A stretch of DNA of 63,157 nucleotides, filler included, from Sphacelaria rigidula (taxonomy: Eukaryota): NCBI GenBank assembly GCA_964200075.2. It is 10 parts of 10 records of this genome, joined end to end, with 100 filler letters (N's around TTAATTAATTAA, not from the genome) between each part and the next. Parts side by side here need not be neighbours in the genome. Positions count along the whole stretch, not along the records: positions 31,631 to 37,856 come from CAXNAA020021383.1; positions 37,957 to 44,182 come from CAXNAA020021384.1; positions 44,283 to 50,507 come from CAXNAA020021385.1; 7 more parts are not named here. One strand, written 5' to 3'. The position numbers and the translations under genes were made by a program. Numbering within the stretch: position 1 is the stretch's first letter; each line of letters starts with the position of its first letter. Below are positions 34,666 through 47,857 of the stretch, piece by piece. The notes under the pieces are model-generated. The model did not search any database, was not told where the DNA came from, and worked only from the letters and a program-made list of their open reading frames with translations.

Positions 34666-36004
34666 CACACGTCGGACAGATCAGCTCCCTATAGCTCGAG
34701 CTAGCTCTTTTTGAGCGTAGCTCCTTAGTGAGCTATGAGAGCTGCATGAGCTACGCATGTTTTCCCTGGGGTAAGCCATGAGAGCTGTATGAGCTACGCG
34801 TGTTTACCGTAAGTGAGCTACCAACCCGTAGCTCATCAGCTCATATTCGTCCTGGGCGAGCTATGGGATCTGTATGAGCTACGCACGTTTGCGATAGGTG
34901 AGCTGCCAACCCGTAGCTCACCAGCTCAGATTCGTCCTGGGTGAGCTATGAGAGCTGCATGACCTACGCATGTTTGCCCTGGGTGAGCTACCAACCCATA
35001 GCTCATCAGCTCATATTCCCCCTGGGTGAGCTACGAGAGCTGCATGAGCTACGCATGTATGCCCCGGATGAGCTATGAGAGATGCATGAGCTACACATGT
35101 ATGCCCCGGATGAGCTATGAGAGATGCATGAGCTACACATATTTTCTCTGGATGAGCTATGAGAGCTATGAGAGCCGAGAGAGCTACGATTGCCTATCCT
35201 TTTACCGCGAGGGTAGGAGGTCTTTGAATCGGCATCATTCACACCCGAAAAAAAGGTGAATTATGCTGGTGTATCACATCGCCAACCCTCGCGATCAAAG
35301 GGCCAACCCCTTGACGGCGAGCGTAAGTCATCTGTTGAATCGGCTCCAATTTCACTTCAAAGACGTATGCATGACCAGATGGACTCATACCCTTGCGGCT
35401 AACCGATCAAAAGAAATAAACCGGTCGATTATTGTAGACACTGAATATTAATACTTTTTTTAACCGTCCGACCAAGCGAACGAGGATATGTGTTGCCTTA
35501 TTTTCTTCCTATCGCGAGGAGTGAGGCAAAACATCATAACCTAATGATATGTGGCGCCATCCGTTCGAACGAGAATGTTACATCATAAGCGACACGGGGT
35601 TGGCCAGCGGCGAGCTAGACATATGATGTGAGTAAGCCACGACCATGTGTCCCTGGGGTGAGCTACCGGGCGTAGGTCATCCGCTTATGTTTGCCTTGGC
35701 TTAGCTATCGAGCGTAGCTCATCCGCATATGTTTTCCCTGGGTGAGCTGTGAGAGCTACATGAGCTGCACACGTTTGCCCTGGCTGAGCTATCAACCCGT
35801 AGCTCATCAGCTCATATTCGCCCTGGGTGAGCTACGAGAGCTGCATGAGCTACGCATGTTTGTCCTGGGTGAGCTACCAACCAGTAGCTCATCAGCGCAC
35901 GTTTGCCTTCTGTTGAGCTATCGGACGTAGCTAACATGTACATGTTTGAATACAATTGACCTACCGCCCGCACGTGAGCTGGCTCATGAGCTGTCCGACG
36001 TGTG
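34666..36004. mobile_element. Complete non-autonomous hAT-like transposon (1339 bp)
   Basis: 14-bp TIR CACACGTCGGACAG/CTGTCCGACGTGTG; perfect 8-bp TSD TACTATTG (34658-34665, 36005-36012); dense GAGCT subterminal repeat arrays on both arms. Confidence 0.92.
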
Positions 36005-37189
36005 TACTATTGTAAAATTAAAATTCATCCACACGGAGGACAGCAACACACCACGGTAGACGGCGCTCTTCCCCGTTAGGATTAAACTCCATGCACCGCA
36101 CCTCTCATCTCGGCCGGTTGACACAGGGAGCATAGGTTGCACTCCGAGTGGAATGTCGCGCATGGATTCTGAGGACGCTCATGCAGCTGACACCGCCGCT
36201 GTAAACTCCGTTTGTTTGGAGGTGAGGGGGTGAAAAGTTCAAACGAGTGCGTGGCTCGTGCATCCAATCATCACATGACCCGTCGTCGTGTCATTGACAT
36301 CGACAAAGCAGCGAGAATATTGACTCGTGTCGCCGCAGATGAATGGCGTCGTGACTTCCCGTCACCCTTCCGTCCCCCGTCGGCCCCGGCTGGCGGATGA
36401 AACGTGCAAAGAAAACCTGTACACAAGCGAGAAGTCGACTCACGCGTTTGATTACGCTCATTGTGGTATAACTGATTCATTGATTGATTGCCGCACTTCT
36501 AACAGACCCCCCTGGGATCCAGCCGTGGTCATATGATGAACGCACCGAAGGCAAAACAAAACTGATATACACTAGCTGAAGAAAAAGAAGGAACAAAAAA
36601 AGTCGAACAGATCGGCATGGTAAGCTGAGACCAAAAGAGACAAATAAAAAGTCAAGGAAAGCGAAGCACGAAAAGAAATAGGTGGTCTTTTTCCCTTTTT
36701 CAATGAGGAGAACAACAGAACAAAAAAGAAAAACAGGGAAGAAAAGAGCAATAAAGGAGGAAAAAACGAAAAGGAAGGAAGCCCAAGGGATTCAGGGAAG
36801 CAGAGTAGATACAGGCACACACCTGAGGTCTTTATTTCACAGTTTCGGGCGGCAGCACCAGTATCGGCTTAGTAACTTACATAGAATAGCAGATATATTA
36901 TCCATCGATCTGAGGTAGACGGCACAACGCTGTCGTATAATTTTCCACTATCTGAGATACAGTACACGGTGAAACTCGGCTGAACTTCTTTCCTCAGTAT
37001 CAGATATAACGCAACACTGTGTGAACCCTAGAGGTATTTGAAACGTGAAAAAAATGTGAACAATCCGTCTTTTGCAACACGGAAGATGGCTACACTTATT
37101 GAAGAACTTGGCAGTGGATACCGTCTGCAAGTGGGTTATTTGTAATCTCGCCGCCAACACTAACATTGAATAAAAAATACAGTTCATCT

Positions 37190-37560
37190 CATTTTGGCGC
37201 GTCGGACACCCCGGCATCGACGGGGGGAAGATGTCACGAAGGCACGCACGGCATCATATCTGGCGGTCGTTTCCCGCTTCATGCGTGTCCGTCTGGCACC
37301 TGCCGTGACAGGGATTCACGGCGGTGCTGTATGGTTCAGTGAGGAGATAACGAGTTGCGAAGTGCCGTCATACACTGTTAGAAAACAGCCACTCGTTGCT
37401 TGTGCGGACGACACAGTACTATCAGCCTAACAAATCCATCCGGAAGTATAGGGAGAAGTGGGAGAAATGATCTTCACGGCAGCATCGTTTTGTGAATATT
37501 TTTCGCTGCCGCCCACGCACGAAGCCGACTATGCAATCAGGGTTCCACCCCCCTCCGTGT
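37190..37560 (+). pseudogene. Possible highly degraded non-LTR (LINE) reverse transcriptase remnant
   Basis: LVACADDTVLSA resembles the YADD catalytic motif in hydrophobic context; surrounding motifs are barely recognisable. Confidence 0.35.
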
Positions 37561-37956
37561 CTCCGCTGCATATGCAATCGCTAGGCTCTCGTGGACAGTG
37601 GCACCGACGAAGACTCTGTCCAAGAATTGAGTGCCACTGCCCACGAGCTCCACCTTACGGGAGAGTCAGCGGACGGTACACCCCCTGCACCAAACGTTTA
37701 ATCGATTATACTTACGCTCCAGGATCTACCTGGATACGAAGGAAATAGATATGGAGATTGGATCATGACGTGCAGGGGAAATACGAATAAGAGATCATTC
37801 TGTTATTTAAGGTATACCCCATGTAGTGGTTGCAGTGCATATCTGCTGGGGCGGCANNNNNNNNNNNNNNNNNNNNNNNNNNNNNNNNNNNNNNNNNNNN
37901 TTAATTAATTAANNNNNNNNNNNNNNNNNNNNNNNNNNNNNNNNNNNNNNNNNNNN

Positions 37957-38120
37957 GAACACAGAGTTTCTCCTCTATATCAATGCCAGTCTTCCTAACT
38001 GTAAACACTTTGGTGCCCGTTGGTTTCTAATAAGAACGTTAAATTGTCGATTTGTGATGGCACTGTACTGATTTGCAGATGCCAATGACAGGAAAGATTC
38101 ATAGTGCTGTTCGACAATGA
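37957..38120. repeat. Dispersed repeat, inverted homolog at ~56645-56735
   Basis: GATTTGTGATGG.ACTGT.CTGATTTGCAGATGCCAATG.CAGGAAAGATTCATAGTG.TGTTCGACA shared. Confidence 0.7.
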
Positions 38121-38284
38121 GCTGAAACTACGAAATGCGTAGGCTCGTTTTCTGTGAGTAGAGATCACACGAGTCTCCGTGTGTTTGAGGATCGAAGAAA
38201 TTATGCACGGATGAAAACTGATCCTTGTACGTTTTTGGCGATACTATTCCAGGTATTGCGCCAGGTGAGGGTGTTCAATTTGAG

Positions 38285-38600
38285 TTTTGTACGTCGGAAG
38301 TAGCAAACTCGACGGTACTAAGTGCCTGATGGTTTCCTGTACGTTTGTCATCCCGGATGATTTGTCGAATTTCGTTTGGTTGGAACCAACCGAGGCTTGC
38401 ACTGCCGAGGGTACGGCTACGTATTTGTTGCAATGGTGCAAGACTTTGGGGGTGCGGTGTGTGTGGGTTAGTGATACCGCCATGCACTTCAATCACCAAG
38501 TACAAGAATCGCGCAGTAGAGCGACGCGCTGGAGCTGCAACACCCATTTGATGTTGCGTATACCCATTGGTCGAATGGTTCTGAAGCAATGGTCACGTCA
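38285..38600 (+). pseudogene. Ty3/Gypsy-type integrase core remnant
   Basis: DDLSNFVWLEPTEACTAEGTATYLLQWCKTLGVRCVWVSDTAMHF and, after a frameshift, VAYTHWSNGSE match the rve DDE core. Confidence 0.78.
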
Positions 38601-38869
38601 TTATTTGGTCGATTGAGATGGATACGGTGCTGAACAAAGTACGTAGAAGTCTCTTCGGGAGATCAATATTCCTGCCCCTGAATTTGTTGTGCAGGAATTG
38701 CGTAAACTGAGGTGGACTCGGGCGCTGACAAGTGAAATAGCTCCGGAGTATGGCATTTCTTTGTGAGTTGGAGCATGCGAATTCACCTTGGATTTTGTTG
38801 GTTGTCAAGCTCGTTCGTTTGTCTTGAACTCGCTTTGGGGGTGCTCTAGTCAAAATATACCAAGGCGTG

Positions 38870-40118
38870 CACACGTGGACAAATAGCACCCTGTAGGACG
38901 AGCTGCACAGGGTTCTCCACAGTCTTTGTGAAAACCCCTGTGTAGCATTTGCAAATCCTAGTACCTGTAAAAGCATTTTGCATAGCGTTTTTGTCGAAAC
39001 CCTGTGGAGAGCCCTTCCCAATTTGGAAAATTACGAATTATTTTGGTACAAAATCGGTCATTTTGTTTTTTGGAATAGCTTCTCCTGCTGTCCGAGATAA
39101 ATTCCTTTTTGCCCGATTTGAATCGAGAAAAAAGGAATTTATCTCGGACAGCAGGAGAAGCTATTCAAAGCAGATCCTTTTTTCGCCCAATTTATTTGGG
39201 CATAAAAAGGATCTATTTCAAACAGCTTCTTCTGCTGCGCAAATCCCATGCACACTGGCAGATTTGGAATTTGAACAGCAGAAGAAGCTCGAAATAAATG
39301 TTCACTTTGCGCTCCGCTTCATCCGGAAATTGGGCAAAAAAGGATTTATTGCGAACAGCGTCAGCTGGGCATACCCCGCAGACTGCACCGTTATCAGCAT
39401 ATGGGATCCGACAAGCGAAACAAAATGTTGAAAGTAATTAATCCTTTTGCCCCCCGATCCATGCACATGGGCTCAAGGATTAATAATTTTCAACAGCTTT
39501 TGCTGAATGGAGATCCGACACGCTAATTACGATCGAGTTTAGATACGACGCTTCCGCTCAAGACGTGGATGTTGGGATGACGGTATGTACCTCGCACATG
39601 ACTGCACATTGCTTTTGGAAACCGTGGTCCGCAGTCTACCAAAATCACTCAACCGAGAATGCTTTTGTTTAGAGAAAGTTTTGCTTGATAGTTATTACAA
39701 TCACAAATAACCGCGTCGTAAAGAACAAGTCAGGTGACTCAATAGGCAACCTTAACGATTCCCGAGCATACATTCGGAGTTCAATTCTCACCCCTGCCAC
39801 TTCTCGACCGTTTTTTTCTGCCAGTACTATGCCCATGCTGTATGGAGTATATCGTATGCGTGCTATAAAGGCTGCACAGCATATTAGCAGCGATGAGTTC
39901 TATACGGAGTGACGAAACCCTGTGAAGCGACCTGTGTGGCACAAAATAATACCTTACAGTCAAATCCCCGCGAGAAAGCCTGCACAGTTTCCCTGGACCC
40001 TGTGAAGCGTCCTGCGGGGCGCAAAAAACAAACTGCAGCTAGATCCCCACGAGAAACACTGCACAGTTTCCCTCAGCTCTGTAGACGTGCCCCACAGGGT
40101 GCTATTTGTTCCCGTGTG
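38870..40118. mobile_element. Non-autonomous TIR element with CACACG termini (1249 bp)
   Basis: 25-bp TIR CACACGTGGACAAATAGCACCCTGT / ACAGGGTGCTATTTGTTCCCGTGTG (2 mismatches); CCCTGTG subterminal repeats; no clear TSD. Confidence 0.7.
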
Positions 40119-41127
40119 AGGTAGATGGAGTGTGTAGGATCCTGGATGATGACCAGGGGACAAGGGCATCCTATGGATGATGACCCTTGCTGTGTAGCCC
40201 ATGCCTGAAGGTACGGGCCGTAGCTGTTTACTCCATGATAATAACAAGTGAGAAGAAAGGATTTGTTGAGCGCGAGGCCAGTGCTACTGGAGGAGTCCCT
40301 CGTGGATAGTCCTCTTGTCCAGATCGTCTGGCAGAGGCTACAAGCCGTGGGAAAACGACCCACTGGTTGTGTGTCGAGGATACCGCCGGTGCGACGACGA
40401 AAAGGTCGATTCGTAGAGCCACACCTGTGCGGCTGGTACACGTTATCCGCACTTGGTACCTTACAGCCCCAGGTTACACGGGCAGTGGGCAATATGCATG
40501 GAGCGTGTATGAAGTTGGTAGCACCGGTCTGAACGTTGATAACATACGATGTGAGACAGCTGAGCAGCGTGTACATTTCTAGTTTATTGAACGCTGTAGA
40601 TACGTGGCCACGCTGCCTAACACCTCAGTGAATCGCGGAATAATGCCGGGAGAACGTACTAGCAATAATCACCTGTTGGCGTTCTTGTCTGCACAGCGGC
40701 CGCTATCAATCGCAAGCACATGATTACGTGCTCTCATGCCCTCAGCCAACGTAGCTTATGTCCAAGTTGCCAAAGTCGCATTTTTGACAAAAGCCATGTC
40801 CAAGTCCAGTCCTAATTGAATATTGCCGACCTAAACGTTAGTGCATATGTACGTGGATATACTCGGTTACATGCGGGGCAGATTGATAATGCATCATGGG
40901 TACCGGATATCGCATGCCTTAACGGGTTGCCAGATTGTGTTATGACTGGATGTATGACATATAAGGGAACCTACCTTGCCGTCATACCCTCCGGCTTCAT
41001 TCTTGTTTTGTGTGTGTTTCGGTATTGCATTTCGGGGTGAGAGAGAGCAGCTCGGGTGGAGCCTGCACGGTTGATGTTTGGTGAGTGAAGGGTATACGAG
41101 ACTAGTACAAGAAGTTACTACACATTC

Positions 41128-41571
41128 AACACGGGATCTCATAAATTGGGGATGGATCTTTTATTGGGGATGAGAAACCTGGAGAATTAAAATCTCCATA
41201 TCCACACCAAATCTTCGAAATATGGTTCCATTTCTTCACCTAATGATAGCTGTTGACAATTTCTACATGCCATACAAATTTGGATTTTGATCACCAAAAT
41301 GTTGGGGTCCTAGGGGAAAAAACAATTTTCGGGAATTACGGGTGTCCGAACGGACGCCAAAATGGTTCCCAAATTGTTTTTTCACCTAGGACTCCAACAT
41401 TTCGGTGATCGAAATCCAAATTTGTTTGGCGTGTAGCAGTTGTTAACAGCTATCAGTAGGTGAAGAAATGGAACCATATTTCGAAGATTTGGTGTGGATA
41501 CGAAGATTATAATTCTCCGGATTTCTCATTCCCAATAAAAGATCCATCCCCAATTTGTAAGATCCCGTGTT
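41128..41571. mobile_element. Long fold-back (palindromic) MITE, 444 bp
   Basis: ~200-bp arms pair almost end to end (AACACGGGATCT...AGATCCCGTGTT); ATTC flanks both sides. Confidence 0.88.
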
Positions 41572-41673
41572 ATTCCCCTGTCCAGAGCACGTCCTCTAAG
41601 GGGCGCTCCCGTGATCAATTACGCTAGCGGATTTAAAATGGGTCAACTGCGGCCAGGTAGCAGGGGAAAAATC

Positions 41674-41850
41674 AAGTTTGAGCAAAATACTGCAGCAGAA
41701 TAGCTCGTTGAGCCAACTACAGAGAGTCACGCAGTGAGCGTTTGGTACAGTTTGAGCAAAAGACAGCAGCAGAATAGCGCGTTGAACCAACTTCAGAAAG
41801 TCACGCTGTGAGCGTTTCGTACAATTTGAGCAAGGACAGTAGCAGTATTT
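41674..41850. repeat. Tandem repeat, ~75-bp unit, about 2.3 copies
   Basis: TTTGAGCAA...GCAGCAGAATAGC.CGTTGA.CCAACT.CAGA.AGTCACGC.GTGAGCGTTT.GTACA repeated. Confidence 0.8.
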
Positions 41851-42359
41851 GCGTGTCTACCATTTCAGTGCAATGAGGCACATCGCAGGAGATTTGAGGA
41901 AAAGACATCGCACGGCCGAAGTAATTTTTCCGGCTGACTAACCAAAAGGAAAGCATACCTGATTTTTAGGTGATTGAGTAAACGTATGAACATCGTACTC
42001 GCGTACAGATTGATAACAACAAGCAATAAACAACGTTTTCGTGAGATTAAGAGTAGAGCGCTGATTGAGAGTGGCTTTGATAATTCGCTATATCTTGGTC
42101 AATTTTTCATTCCATGTGTGCTTTTCATTGCCTCCATCACTGCCGTGTGCTTGCAGCTACACGTCGATATCCTACTCAGAGATAGCAAGGGCCTCAGTGG
42201 CAAGCTACTACAGAAGGAATATCGGGCCATCGTGAAGGGGCATTCCGGAACTGAAACGGTTCATTCACTATTTGGCCGCTTTTCACTCTCAATCATACGC
42301 TCTACTCTCACTCTCACGAAAACATTGTTAACAGTGAAAGATAATGGCAGTCGAGTAAT

Positions 42360-43845
42360 GGCTACAAGAAAGGAATTCAGTACGGAAGAGCTGACTGAGT
42401 CGCTGCGGCTCATGGAAGAAAAATAGGCAGAGCTTATTGGGGCCGCAAAACGCGAAGTCATTATTGCAGATTACGAAAGAGAAAGGAGTATGCATTGAGG
42501 TGCAGGCGCACGGGATAACTCCATGATGGATACATCAAGCAGTGACCACCAAAGTAACCCACGAATTTTCCCTGAGTCCCAATACGGTAATTACATGGAA
42601 GGGCAACGTGCCCAACCAAGTATTGTAAGAGTACGTAACAATACGAGGATCCACCCGTGGGGCGGTTCTGTGAAAGCAGGGGAGAGCTTGGAGTCAAAGT
42701 TTCGTGTCTTTAATGTGCAGATGATCGGGTATTTTCGTGCCGAAAAATGCTATGATGCTCTCTTTGTGCAGGGTCCTATCCGTGCATTCCATGAGACGGA
42801 AGAGGAGTTGGTGAGGCAGCACGGGTATAAGGCCGTAGAGAAAGCACAAAGAGCCCACGATATTCTCAAAAAACATATTGCCCCCCGCATGGTCGAAAAT
42901 TTTGCAATTCTTGGTTCGCCTAGCGAATCGTGGGACTAATTCGTGCAATGCTGTACCATTTCCCCCACTGCAGAGAAAACCCGCCTCGAGCAACAATGGA
43001 CGGGTCTACAGATGTCACCGGGCGAGTCCCCTTCGGTTTCTCTGAGTAGGGCGAAACTGATTCGTCACAAAAGGCATCATTACGGTGCCGTAATTTCGGA
43101 GTTTGATGCAAACAGGCTTTATGCCCGTAGGCTGTCTTCTGAATACGAGATACAGCATGACATCCTCCTTGCTATGTCAGAGATAGATACAGAGACCCTA
43201 CACCGCAAAGTAAAGACTGTCCACGCTGAATTGGGACCATCAAGGAGTAGGGTAGCCTCCCCAAATAACCATGCTCTCTCTGACATAGTCCATGATGCCT
43301 CCAACAGTGACGTATCGGCTAGGCGACGCGGGAGTCGGCGGGGCAGGAGAGACAACCACTGCCGGGATTGCGGTTCAGACCGCAGTGGGCATCCTATCTC
43401 ACACCAGCACCCTCACCATGAGCAATCACCAAGATTCAATTCCCATTCCCATTCCTCATCTCCACATGAGTCCCACAACAGCAATCCCAATCCAAAACCC
43501 CAATCCTCATCATGCAATGTTCGCAGCTGTAAGATATGCTATTATCAAGGTATGGATTCCCATGCACGAAGTGATGGGGGGAGAAATGTCGATCGCCGGC
43601 ATGGCTATCGAGATCTCAGCCCAAGACATCGTTCCGCGCATCACGGGGGAAACCACCCCCTCGTAATTATTCCTCCAGCAGCTCCCACGTTCATGCGAAT
43701 TACGTACAGCGATCCGACGATTTCGTCCCTGATGACAACTTCACCTCACGAGACGGTAATACATTTGATGACGCAGAATTCGCCCATTCCATACAACTCC
43801 CGCCTCCACACCATGCCAAGCAACAACCACAGCTGTGATTTGTAA
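42360..43845 (+). pseudogene. Degraded Ty1/Copia gag (second family)
   Basis: GSPSESW*..AEKTRLEQQWTGLQMSPGESPSVSLSRA..RRLSSEYE resembles a UBN2/Retrotran_gag_2 domain; in-frame stops; R/S/H-rich C-terminal region; no pol downstream. Confidence 0.7.
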
Positions 43846-44282
43846 GGGGTGAAGGCACCTTGTGGGGGTTATAATGGTGTTCACTCCGAGATTGTTCCAG
43901 GTTAAGACCTCTGCGTACGTTGTTTGGTCACTCAGTTCAGCAACGCAGGCTGATCCCAGTCGTTTCACAAAGGAGACAACGAGCAAATAACACAGACCAG
44001 AATAGCACTTTTATCCAGCAGTTGATTGTATCCGAGCTCTATCTACAGCTCAGTTATAGCACACATTTGTAAAACAAACCGAAACAGGCCTAAGCTTTGA
44101 TAAATAAAATACACCAGACAAAACAGCAGCCCGACTACTGCTTTTTATCTCTGGGACTCACTTTCTCGAGGTCTGTAGATACNNNNNNNNNNNNNNNNNN
44201 NNNNNNNNNNNNNNNNNNNNNNNNNNTTAATTAATTAANNNNNNNNNNNNNNNNNNNNNNNNNNNNNNNNNNNNNNNNNNNN

Positions 44283-44370
44283 GGCGTGCTTCGTCCCGGC
44301 TTTGTAGGCATGTGAGGTCAATGGTCTGATGACTATGGCATGCATGATCATGAGTAGTAGTACACCGGCC
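44283..44370 (+). repeat. Repeat family R fragment at contig start
   Basis: GGCGTGCTTCGTCCCGGCTTTGTAGG...GACTATGGCATGCATGATCATGAGTA as at 18720-18795 and ~16628-16660. Confidence 0.7.
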
Positions 44371-44604
44371 TGCGTTCCTTCCTATTGCTCCCCTCATCTG
44401 TGGTCATCACAATGGACCAGATTACACGAAACCTTTTGAAAGCGTGAACTTGCCCTGCCCCCAGCTCTGGACGTCAACCCTTGATCCTCCACGCGGGTAA
44501 TCTGTGTCTTGCCTTAATATTTCAAATCAAAATTATGCCAATGCACAACACATGACTCGCGCTGAAGGTTGTGTATATAGGTGGGCATAGCCGAACAACA
44601 AGGC

Positions 44605-44853
44605 GACTTGTTCTACTCATCGAGGCCGTTCCAGGGTAACTGTGCATTTCGCGCTGGCCGCACTTTCATTTTTCGCCAAACATGGATTTTCAACAAAAAA
44701 CGGTCAAGCGATCAAGAAGCAGGGGGGAATATTTTGATCACCTGACCGTTTTTTACTGAAAATCCGTGTTTGGTCTGATTTGGCCAAAAACAACAGTGCG
44801 GCCAGCGGGAAAAGCAAGTTGCAGTAGAACAGTCTCAATGAGTAGAGCAAGTC
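44605..44853. mobile_element. Degenerate fold-back MITE
   Basis: GACTTGTTCTACTCAT / ATGAGTAGAGCAAGTC, CGCTGGCCGCACT / AGTGCGGCCAGCG and AAAAAACGGTCA / TGACCGTTTTTT are nested inverted pairs. Confidence 0.7.
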
Positions 44854-45812
44854 ATGCGAAAGCGTAAATCGACAGCGAAGGGCCCAAAAAAGGCTGTTTT
44901 CTACAGGAATTCTGAACGGCTCCCATTACAGTTGGCCTAAGGGCGTGTCTTACCACTTTTGGTTCTCGATCGAAAACATGCGATCGAAAAAAAAATGTCG
45001 TATCTGATAGGTCCACCGCATTTATGTTCCCCGAAGGCTTCAACTCAAAATTACAATTAGCGGCGTGCGGAGAAAAATGCAACGAGTGAAAAAACGTTTT
45101 TTTTTTCGATCGAAATCATGCAGTCGAAAGGCTCGAAACGGCACTTGACTCCTATCTAACAGACCACCACGGCAAATAACACCCGTTCACAGGACCGTGC
45201 AGACCCCATCCAACTCATTCTCAGCCACCATCGCAACCCTGCAGCATAGAGCACGCGTTGAGCACAGGGATAAATACACTGCAGTTGGGTGTGATTTATT
45301 CATTTCTTGTTGGCGAAAACTTGCACATCTCCTCTCTTGGTAGGCATCAGCGACGGAACAGCATGGTACGGTGGGCAACCGAGTTGTGTGCACCCTCATG
45401 GACAGTGCAGGCAGTACAAAGCTGCACGTTGCTGAAGTCCTGTTCACGTCGCATTGTAAGCAGAGAGAACTATTAGTCCTGGGCCGTCTGCACTGCACGT
45501 TGCCCGCTTCTCCTTTATATTCTCCTGCACAAAACACACACACGCACTCAAGCCACCCTGGTGGCAAGCAGTGTCAACAGCACAGTCTGTCAGTCTGTAC
45601 ACGAGTGACCGTGTGCCGTTTCACGATTTTCACTGTAGTTTTGGGATCGAAAGCTTGAAAATCAATCCGGACCCAACTGCATCAACATGAGAATGTTTCA
45701 CTTGACTCAATTCCACCGCTCGTTTTTTCGGTCGAAAAAAGAGTGCTAAGACACGCTCCAAAACAGAGCTCGCGATCAGTTCTATTTTTGCAGGACACTT
45801 GTGTGCCGTCTT

Positions 45813-46156
45813 GTGTGTGTCGTCGTCCCATTTATTCTGGGCGCCAGTCTACACCTTTCGGTATATGTGGGCGCATCAGTCGGAGTAACACAGGAGGAAG
45901 GTCAATAACACAGTATATTTTTTTAGCACCCCACCTTCCTTCTGCGGTGCTTGTCTTTTTATTTTTCTTCGCGAGAGGGGTTCAGCAGTCCGTTTCCCTC
46001 GTCGACCGTCAAGTCAAAGCTTGTGTACCCACGACGTATTCGCTCTCCACTGCTAGGCATGGTGTGAGAAAAAATCCCAGATCACTCTGGGAATCGAACC
46101 CCACTACTAAACCGTCAGAAGGTGACGAGGTTACCAACTGAGCCACGGGGGCGACC
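45813..46156 (-). mobile_element. Full-length tRNA-derived SINE
   Basis: A box TGGCTCAGTTGG and B box GGTTCGATTCC on the minus strand; same body and (CA)n tail as 34254-34625. Confidence 0.88.
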
Positions 46157-47857
46157 GATACTCATGTCATTTGCGTCGAGTAATGAAGTACTGAAGGAAT
46201 GTAGGTAACTCAAACTCGGTTCCCGGCTTCCTGCTGGCACCGAGTTCATGGGTACGGGTCGTTAAATATTAATTAAGCTAAAACCAGCCACTTCTTCGTT
46301 CGTTTCCATGATTCCCGAACAGATTTATCCCTAGATTCTGCGTGAATGGACACTGGTGCGCTTCTAAACAGTGTTATTCCTTTTCAAGGTTATGGAGGCG
46401 GTGTTTTTGCAGGTTAGACGCCGAAAAAATCCGCACCTCGGTTGTGATGACGCCGAAACTTGGAGGATGTGTTGATTGGTATTAGAGCAAGGTATCAGAG
46501 CCGCAGCCGTGGCTGCACAAGGCGCAGAGGGCCCGATCTGCATTGAAACGGTGGATACCATTATCATCAGATGCGATGTAATCGCTAGCAAAGCAAGCCA
46601 CGACCCAAGATGGGAGAGTATGTGGCGCACGGATCCTGTTTTCGGCTCGTAACTCAAACCGTATGTTTTTCTCATACAAAGACAGTCGTCGACAGTAGAC
46701 AGCTGCGGTTGAAAGTAAGCACTGAGCTCCTTCTGAAAAGGAAACACCACTGTGATATAAGGGAATTATGTTACTTGTGACTTACTCGTCTTGTTAGCTT
46801 GTCACGGCTCGCCACAGGGAGACCTTGCGCAGAAGAGATGAAAAGCTGATGTTCCTTCTTGTGAATCGTCTACGGTAGGGCCTTCGCTGTGGTGGATCGC
46901 GAGTGCCTGCCTGGGCGATGCGGCACACGATTACCCTCAAAAACCCCTAGCTACGCATACAATCTTGTCATATAAATACCACTCCACACAACGCACTGTA
47001 TCCCAAGCCAATCAAAAGCTGTAGTAGCGACAGGTACACGCAGCCATTCGGGTACAATCCTTTTGCCTTCAACCCGCTGTGGCCAAATACAGGGATCAAA
47101 TCCTGCATTTCACAACACACATTCGACTAGAATCCTTCCATACCCGCTGGTCGTTTCTGGGGACCATCTGCATATCCACAAGGAAACTAGTTTTAATTCA
47201 GGCCCTCAGTCATTTACCATCACACAGATTCTTTGTTTTTCTACCAGCTCCTGCCTGATGACGAATGTAGTATGTAGAATTTCGGTCAGGCTGGCAGACC
47301 GCACGGATCCTTCAGGCGTCGTCGTCAATCTTCGCCCAGACAGGGATGAACGCTCGCAGGAAACCAGAAAATAACGAGCATCTAGGCCCCACGATATGTG
47401 TGAGGGTCCAGGCTGAACGTTTGTCGGTCCGAAAAGCTGGACACGTCAAGGTTAGGCCTATATCACGCGACCGCTGCGTTATGCCATGGACCCTGTCCCA
47501 CTTACTCAACAAGTGGGCAACATCCCCGTACAGACAGTAGCAATGCTAGTGGGTACAATATCCTCACAGTCTTGCAGTCGGCAAGACTATTATGGTAGTG
47601 TCGTTGTAGCGATATCAACTTACAGCGCATTTCTGCAAAGTTCACATGTGAATATTAAGGCGATTGCCTCACCTGCGGTTCGCCCAGATGCCGTGGATTT
47701 TTCCACCTTCTCACCGCGCCAGATTATACGTGAAATGTATAAGATCCTGAATTATACGTGAAACATAAAAGCTCCGAAAAACCACTTTTCCAGATTATTA
47801 TTTCTGTCTGTTATAAGGAGCGGCCTTAGGAGCCGTATGCCGCTAGACAAGTATAAC

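Noticed and set aside
34730..35940. GAGCT-rich array read as a repeat protein or CRISPR
   Set aside because: Lies between TIRs with a perfect 8-bp TSD; the ORFs (e.g. MSYESCMSY...) are by-products of the repeats
46080..46156. tRNA genes here and at ~34550-34625
   Set aside because: Stems are imperfect and both are fused to a common SINE body and tail
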